A DNA stretch of 64,000 bases from an uncultured Alphaproteobacteria bacterium. GTDB taxonomy: Bacteria; Pseudomonadota; Alphaproteobacteria; Acetobacterales; Acetobacteraceae. Both the position numbers and the translations under genes were made by a program. Position 1 is the stretch's first letter. Every line of letters starts with the position of its first letter. Where the stretch lies: NCBI GenBank assembly GCA_963719345.1, contig CAVRCA010000009.1:46029-110028 (forward strand), in the 5' to 3' direction. The notes beneath the pieces were generated by a model. The model did not search any database, had not been told where the DNA came from, and saw only the letters and a program-made list of their open reading frames with translations. Shown here in pieces: positions 59,161 through 64,000 of this stretch.

Positions 59161-59952
59161 TCACGCCGATCCGGCCGCCGGATTTGCTTCGCTGTTCCGC
59201 TTCAGCAGACCGGATCGCCGCTTCTCGCGGAGGCGGTAGCTGTCGCCCCGGATGGTGACGACGTGGCTGTGGTGCAGAAGCCTGTCCAGGATCGCGGTGG
59301 CGACGACTGGGTCGTTCAGGATCGTTCCCCACTCACCGACGCTGCGGTTGCTGGTCACCAAGATGCTGCCACGCTCATAGCGGCGGCTGACCAGGGCAAA
59401 GAACAGGTGCGCGGCCTGCGGCTCGAGAGGCAGATACCCAAGTTCGTCGATGATCAGCAGCTTCGGCTTCGAGTAGCGGATCAGCTTCTCCTCCAGTCTT
59501 CCTTCCGCCTGCCCCTTCACCAGCGTGGTGACCAGCGCCATGGCCGGGGTGAACAGCACCGAGTAGCCGTTGCGGATCGCTTCGCGGCCGAGGCCGACTG
59601 AAAGATGGGTCTTGCCGACGCCCGGTGGCCCCTGGATCAACAACGTGTCGCCGTTCGCCACCCAACGGCAGGCGGCAAGGTCGCGGATCTGCTTGGGGTC
59701 GAGCGACGGCTGGGCCGCGAAGTCGAAGCTCTCCAGCGTGCGCACAAAGGGGAACTTGGCGATGCCCAGCCCCATTTGGATGCGCCGCTCCTCCCGGTGC
59801 GTCACTTCGGCCTCGCACAACAGGCCCAGCGTCTCGGGCAGCGTCATCTCCCGGCGCGCCGCCTCATCGAGCAGGCTGTCCAGCCGGTCGCGCATCGCGG
59901 TCAGCTTCAACCGGCCCAGCATCTCGGGCAGGGCGGCCCCCACCGCGCTCAC
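59161..59952 (-). CDS. istB: IS21-family helper ATPase IstB
   Basis: Walker A GPPGVGKTHL, Walker B LLIIDELGY, C-terminal AILDRLLHHSHVV. Confidence 0.9.
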   Translation of the reverse strand: MSAVGAALPEMLGRLKLTAMRDRLDSLLDEAARREMTLPETLGLLCEAEVTHREERRIQMGLGIAKFPFVRTLESFDFAAQPSLDPKQIRDLAACRWVANGDTLLIQGPPGVGKTHLSVGLGREAIRNGYSVLFTPAMALVTTLVKGQAEGRLEEKLIRYSKPKLLIIDELGYLPLEPQAAHLFFALVSRRYERGSILVTSNRSVGEWGTILNDPVVATAILDRLLHHSHVVTIRGDSYRLREKRRSGLLKRNSEANPAAGSA

Positions 59953-61235
59953 CAGCCACCCCCAACCGCCTGCTCATACTCAGCCAATGGGCGCAGCAAC
60001 GCACTGGCCGGAGCCAGGAGGTCGGCGGCAGGCGCAGGCTTCGCGTCAGCGACGATGCCGCGCAGATGGGCCGCCATGACGGACCGCTCGCGTCGTCCTT
60101 GTCGCTCGGCATGGCGCGCAACCTCCGCGCCGGCGTGCAGGATCCGCACCTCGCTGCCGCAGACCAGCACGCTGACACCGGCATCGATCAGCTGCCACGG
60201 CACGCTGTAATGGTTGGTGTCGACGTTGACGCAGCCGTCGTTCTGCACCCGGCGCGCCAGCTCGCGCAGCTGGCCGAACGGCGGCCGGTCCCGAAGCGGG
60301 CGCAGGTTCGCTGCCTCGTCACGCTCGAAGCGCCCGATCGGCGTCTCGCCTGTCGTGCCGTGCAGGCGAACATCCGCCACCTCGCGCATCCACCAGGCCA
60401 GGTGCGCCTCCAGTGCCGCCCAGCTGGCGAAGCAGCGGCCGGCGATGGCGTTGTGCTTCACGTAGCCGACGCCGCGCTCGTCTTTGCCTTTGGTGCGCGC
60501 CCGGTAGGGAGCACAGGCTTGCGGACGCACGTCCCAGTAGCGGGCAAAGGCGGAGAAGCGTTCGTTGAACAGCACCTCGCGCGTCTGCCCGTCGTGCCGC
60601 TGGACCAGGGCCCGGGCATTGTCGAGCAGGATCTCCCGCGGCAGCCCGCCGAAGTGCCGGAACGCGCCCTCCAGACCCTGGAACCAGGAGGTTTGCCGCT
60701 CATGGCGGAACGCCTGCACATACACACGCCGCGAGTAGCCCAGCGTCGCGACGAACAGGTAGGCCCGCACGCTCTCCTCACCGATCTGGACTTGCCGCTC
60801 ACCAAAGTCGATCTGCAGCTGCTGCCCAGGTGGCGTCTCAAACCGGACCGTCGCCCGCGCCTCAGCCAGAAGCTCCCGCCGCAGATGTGCCACCGCCCGC
60901 TCTACCGTGCGCAGGCTGATCCTGAGGCCGTGCTCCGCCGCCAGCTCCTGACGAACCACGTCCGCATTGCCCCGATGTTGCCGAAAGCGCTCCGACAACC
61001 AACCCTGCAGCCCTGATAGAACACTGTCCCGTGGCGATGCCCGGAACGGCACCCAGCCCTCCGCAGCAACATAACGCTGCACCGTCGTCGGGCTGCAGCC
61101 AACCTCACGCGCAATCCGCCGCAACCCCCAGCCAAGCCGATACAGGTGCAGCATCGCTGCCACCTCGTCCGGCATCCTCATCACCCCACTCCGCGGCTGT
61201 TCCACCCGCGGGCACTGCACCACGTCCAACATCAA
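59949..61235 (-). CDS. istA: IS21-family transposase IstA
   Basis: HTH region GWGLRRIAREVGCSPTTVQRYV and DDE region QLQIDFGE...LGYSRRVYV...LLDNARALV...RTKGKDERGV. Its stop overlaps the istB start. The true start may be the internal ATG at about 61181. Confidence 0.9.
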   Translation of the reverse strand: MMLDVVQCPRVEQPRSGVMRMPDEVAAMLHLYRLGWGLRRIAREVGCSPTTVQRYVAAEGWVPFRASPRDSVLSGLQGWLSERFRQHRGNADVVRQELAAEHGLRISLRTVERAVAHLRRELLAEARATVRFETPPGQQLQIDFGERQVQIGEESVRAYLFVATLGYSRRVYVQAFRHERQTSWFQGLEGAFRHFGGLPREILLDNARALVQRHDGQTREVLFNERFSAFARYWDVRPQACAPYRARTKGKDERGVGYVKHNAIAGRCFASWAALEAHLAWWMREVADVRLHGTTGETPIGRFERDEAANLRPLRDRPPFGQLRELARRVQNDGCVNVDTNHYSVPWQLIDAGVSVLVCGSEVRILHAGAEVARHAERQGRRERSVMAAHLRGIVADAKPAPAADLLAPASALLRPLAEYEQAVGGGW

Positions 61236-61394
61236 CCCGAACTCCCACCCTCATAGGTGTCCAGTTCTGCCTGTCGCCCGTGTCCAGTTTCTCATGTCGC
61301 CCAACAGCAGGCCCATCTGCCGCATCAGCCGGGCCACGGTGCAGCGTGCGGCGGCGATGCCCTCGCAGCCGAGCTGCCGCCACACCTTGCGAGC

Positions 61395-61850
61395 GAGTGG
61401 AAGACGCCTCGCTTGAGACGTTGTTTGGTGAGTTTGGCGAAGAAGCTTTCGACGGCGTTCAGCCAAGAGGCCGACGTCGGCGTGAAGTGGAAGGTGAAGC
61501 GCGGGTAGCGACCGAGCCACTCGATCACCTTGGGATGCTTGTGGGCAGCGTAGTTGTCCAAAATCACATGGATCAGCTTGCCCGCGGGGACCTCGCGCTC
61601 AATGGCGTTGAGGAAGCGGATGAACTCCTGGTGCCGATGACGCTGCATGCAGCGTCCGATCACGCGGCCTGCCGCAATGTCCAAGGCGGCAAACAGCGTG
61701 GTCGTGCCGCTCCTGATGTAGTCATACGTCATCGTGCCGGAGCGGCCGCGCTTGAGCGGCAGTCCGGGCTGAGTGCGATCAAGCGCCTGGATCTGGCTCT
61801 TCTCGTCCACCGAGAGCACCACGGCACGCAGAGGCCCGTCTTATGCACCT
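61395..61850 (-). mobile_element. IS630-family transposase fragment (truncated at both ends)
   Basis: [49 protein letters not shown]...[10 protein letters not shown]...[11 protein letters not shown]...[18 protein letters not shown]. There is no N-terminal HTH part. The C-terminus is cut off where IS3 orfB sequence begins, at about 61392-61398. Confidence 0.8.
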
Positions 61851-61878
61851 CCCCTCGCTGGCCCTTCAGCTGACGCTG

Positions 61879-63313
61879 TTACCGGGCCCAGGCCACTCCG
61901 CGCAACCGGTGGAGAATGGGTGCGCGGAGCTCCAGCACGTTCAGGGCCAAAGCCGCCACGCAGAATGCCAGACCGCCAAGACAGACCTGGAGAGCAAAGA
62001 CTACGGGTCCGTGGCCAAATATGTTGAGGGGAACAACAACCAAGCTCATCACAGCCAAGGCGATAGCGACGCGCGCGAAAACTTGCCAAGGCAGCGGTAG
62101 GGTATAGGCGCGCTGCCCAAGAATCCAGCTCACGAAGCAGGACACGAACATGGCGACCGTCATCCCAATGCCCGCACCCGTCGGTCCCAAGCGCGGAACC
62201 AGGTGGAGGGTCAAAATTACTGAGACTACTGCCGCGACCACCAAAACCCAGATCAGATCCTGCGATTTCTTTCCTAGCTGAAACGCATGATCAAGATAAC
62301 AGGTGCGCATGGAGCTGAAGAACTGCGTTGCAGCAAGCCATGGCGTCAGGCGAGCGACCTCGGAGGCATAATTCGCGCCGACTAGCGTATGAGCAAGCCC
62401 ATTTGCGGTAAGCACCATGCCCAGCGAAGCCGGCGCGAGAATAGCGAAGAGAACGCTCACATTCGCCGTAAGCTGGCGATCGGCGGCAACCGAATCATTC
62501 GAACTCGACGGCCCGCACGGCAAGCTGGTACCCCGCCGCCGTGAGTCCGTAGGCGATTACCCCAAGGCTGTTCTGCGCTAGAATATAGGCTGCGGTATAG
62601 TAACCTAAGGCCTCCGTGCCGTCGAGGCTATCTACCAGCCACCGGGTCCCCGTGGTCGCTACGCCACTCAGGATGAAGCACGCTGCAATCGGCAGTCCAT
62701 AGCGGCAGATCTCGATCGCCAACGTGCGATCGAAGCCGCGCGGGTGCAAGCTCCAGCGTCGCGACCGTCCCAGCCACGACGCCGCGAGCATGCCAATTCC
62801 ATATCCCTCCGCCGTCCAAAGAGGGTCGTCGGTCAACCAAGCTGCGCCGCACGCGGCGACCAGGACGAAGAATGACCGGCCTAGGCACATCAGGAGATAA
62901 ACGCCGGGCTGGAAATCGGCGACTTCGAAGCTGGCGATCAGCTCGAACCATGCATACGCCCAGATAAGCGTGACGCCCACTCCATACACAGCAGCCGAGT
63001 CCCCGTGGAACACGCCCAGCGCCCACGCGAGCGCCGTGATCAGGACGGTTCCGGCGGCCAGCAAGAAATAGATCTGGACAAAGGTTGAGAGCGTTCGCGG
63101 GTCGTCCCGTCGAGACTGGTAAAGTCGTGCAAACGACGCGTTTATCCAGTCGAAGAATATGGTCGTTCCGAAGGTCATCACGACGAGAGCCAGCCCGTAC
63201 CGACCATACGCTGCGGGAGGAAGCAAGCGGGTCAGGATGGCCGTGGTGCCCAGGGCGATGAGGCCGACCAGAAGACGCGCGGCGACGTAAATCGCGCTGT
63301 GCTGAAGCAGCAT
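61879..63313 (-). pseudogene. Wzx-like polysaccharide/oligosaccharide flippase (MOP/PST family), one frameshift
   Basis: ORF 62495..63313 is the N-half (MLLQHSAIYVAARLLVGLIALGTTAILTRLLPPAAYGRYGLA) and ORF 61879..62523 is the C-half; both are polytopic. The join is at gtcgagttcgaatgat (about 62505). Confidence 0.7.
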
Positions 63314-63660
63314 GGCGCGCCTATAAGTCCACTGCAGCAGGTGATCGGAGAAGGGCCGCCGACAGCCAAGGCCGCTTCAAATCGCACTTGCGGTTCGACC
63401 AACCGGGCGTCTCAGGGGCAAACGCTCCGGCCTGGGCGCGCCACGCACGTGCAAGAACGCCTGTGCCCTCATTGGGGCTGGCTGGATTGGCGCTGGTCAT
63501 GAAAAGTAAATCCAATTCGTTCGGATGAGAAACGGTGCCGCCATAGCGACCCGGTCGGTCCACTTACGGTCATGCGTCGCGGGACACGCGATAGCGGGAT
63601 CCGGCTTCAAGATGATATCGTACATGCGCTGAGCTCGCGTTCCTCGATACCACCCTGCGA

Positions 63661-64000
63661 TCAGGAGACTTGGGAAACCAGAGCACGGTAGCGACCCGCA
63701 ATCGCCGCCGCCGAGAAGTCATTGGCGCGGGCCCTCAGTGCGACCGGATCAGTACCGATCATGCAGAGCCGCGACAATGGCGCCGGCGATGGCGGCGGGA
63801 TCTGCAGAATGAACGAGCCGACCCCACCTACCGCCGTCCAGGATCTCGGCCGGTCCATACTCGCAGTCAACGCTCACGACCGGCAGGCCGGTTGCCATTG
63901 CCTCGACAAGCACGTTGCCGAACCCTTCATATCGCGAGGTCAAAACCAGCAACCGGGCCCGCGCCATATATCGCCAAGGATTGGGATCGTTGCCGAGCAA
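63661..64000 (-). pseudogene. GT1/GT4-family glycosyltransferase, 3' part only (runs off the window), one frameshift
   Basis: LLVLTSRYEGFGNVLVEAMATGLPVVSVD (the EX7E region) is in the frame of ORF 63749. The tail TDPVALRARANDFSAAAIAGRYRALV is in the frame of ORF 63661. The join is at about 63755. Confidence 0.7.

Larger units (their letters stand above)
59106..61306 (-). mobile_element. IS21-family insertion sequence, apparently intact (2201 bp) with 4-bp target duplication
   Basis: istA and istB are intact. The ends carry imperfect inverted repeats with reiterated gaactggaca / aaactggaca / gagttggaca motifs. A direct repeat gcag sits at 59102-59105 and 61307-61310. Removing the IS plus one gcag restores MRQMGLQGVVRGK in IS3 orfB. 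Confidence 0.85.
57337..61394 (-). mobile_element. IS3-family element remnant: 5'-truncated orfB, interrupted by IS21 and IS110, with its 3' terminal repeat retained
   Basis: The orfB pieces are [28 protein letters not shown] (61393-61311), QGVVRGKSVRTT...WVSDFTYV...GWRAS, then a frameshift, then LVLDALEQA...HHSDRGAQY...GSVGDSYD (59101-58702). The last piece is NALAESTNGLYKTEVI...WFNNRRLLEPIGNMPPAE (57591-57376). A TGAACCGTGCC... end sits at 57337. No orfA is present. Confidence 0.8.

Noticed and set aside
63314-63660. 80-aa ORF 63321..63563(-) and other short ORFs in the gap between wzx and the GT1 gene
   Set aside because: There are no recognisable motifs, no convincing RBS and poor coding-like composition in all three minus-strand frames. 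I treat it as a non-coding or decayed spacer; it may hold the wzx promoter.

Overview
This is a high-GC bacterial chromosomal segment with gene content resembling Alphaproteobacteria/Rhizobiales; the taxon cannot be verified from here. About 60 genes are supportable, and I saw no rRNA, tRNA or CRISPR. Landmarks, in order:

- 2.0-7.5 kb: three tandem 1812-bp copies of a GT-C-type membrane glycosyltransferase gene, next to a divergent GT2 gene.
- 8.7-13.5 kb: a minus-strand run of DedA/VTT, ATP-grasp, uppP, CoA-transferase and SGNH hydrolase.
- 13.6-17.5 kb: czcD, an SDR, an untracked entericidin-like small lipoprotein gene, and an LLM oxidoreductase.
- 17.6-24.3 kb: a clean pentose-phosphate/gluconate cluster (tkt-zwf-pgl-rpiA-gntK-gluconolactonase).
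- 26.4-30.2 kb: a PEP-CTERM protein, ggt, and a secreted protein made of seven 39-bp tandem repeats.
- 30.3-39.8 kb: glcB, a four-gene ABC importer, an M20 peptidase, TauD and a methyltransferase.
- 39.8-44.2 kb: four genes (MmgE/PrpD, enoyl-CoA hydratase, Crp/Fnr, Tat-signal Gfo/Idh/MocA) riddled with about 20 or more frameshifts.
- 44.2-48.5 kb: a translationally coupled trio of hydrolase, 830-aa spermidine-synthase-like membrane protein and signal-bearing isoaspartyl-methyltransferase-like protein.
- 48.5-53.6 kb: two paralogous lipoproteins, a GT26, an acyl-CoA synthetase and a double hot-dog dehydratase.
- 53.9-64.0 kb: a visibly lower-GC polysaccharide locus (GT32, flavin monooxygenase-like, ATP-grasp, Wzx, GT1).
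- 57.3-61.85 kb: a 4.5-kb nest of insertion sequences splitting that locus: an IS630 fragment and a truncated IS3, itself hit by an intact IS21 with a 4-bp TSD and by a degenerate IS110.

The most unusual signals are the triplicated chimeric GT-C array, the strongly non-uniform distribution of frameshifts, the nested IS structure, and several uncharacterised envelope-related gene pairs or trios. All functional calls rest on motif recognition by eye. No database search was run.
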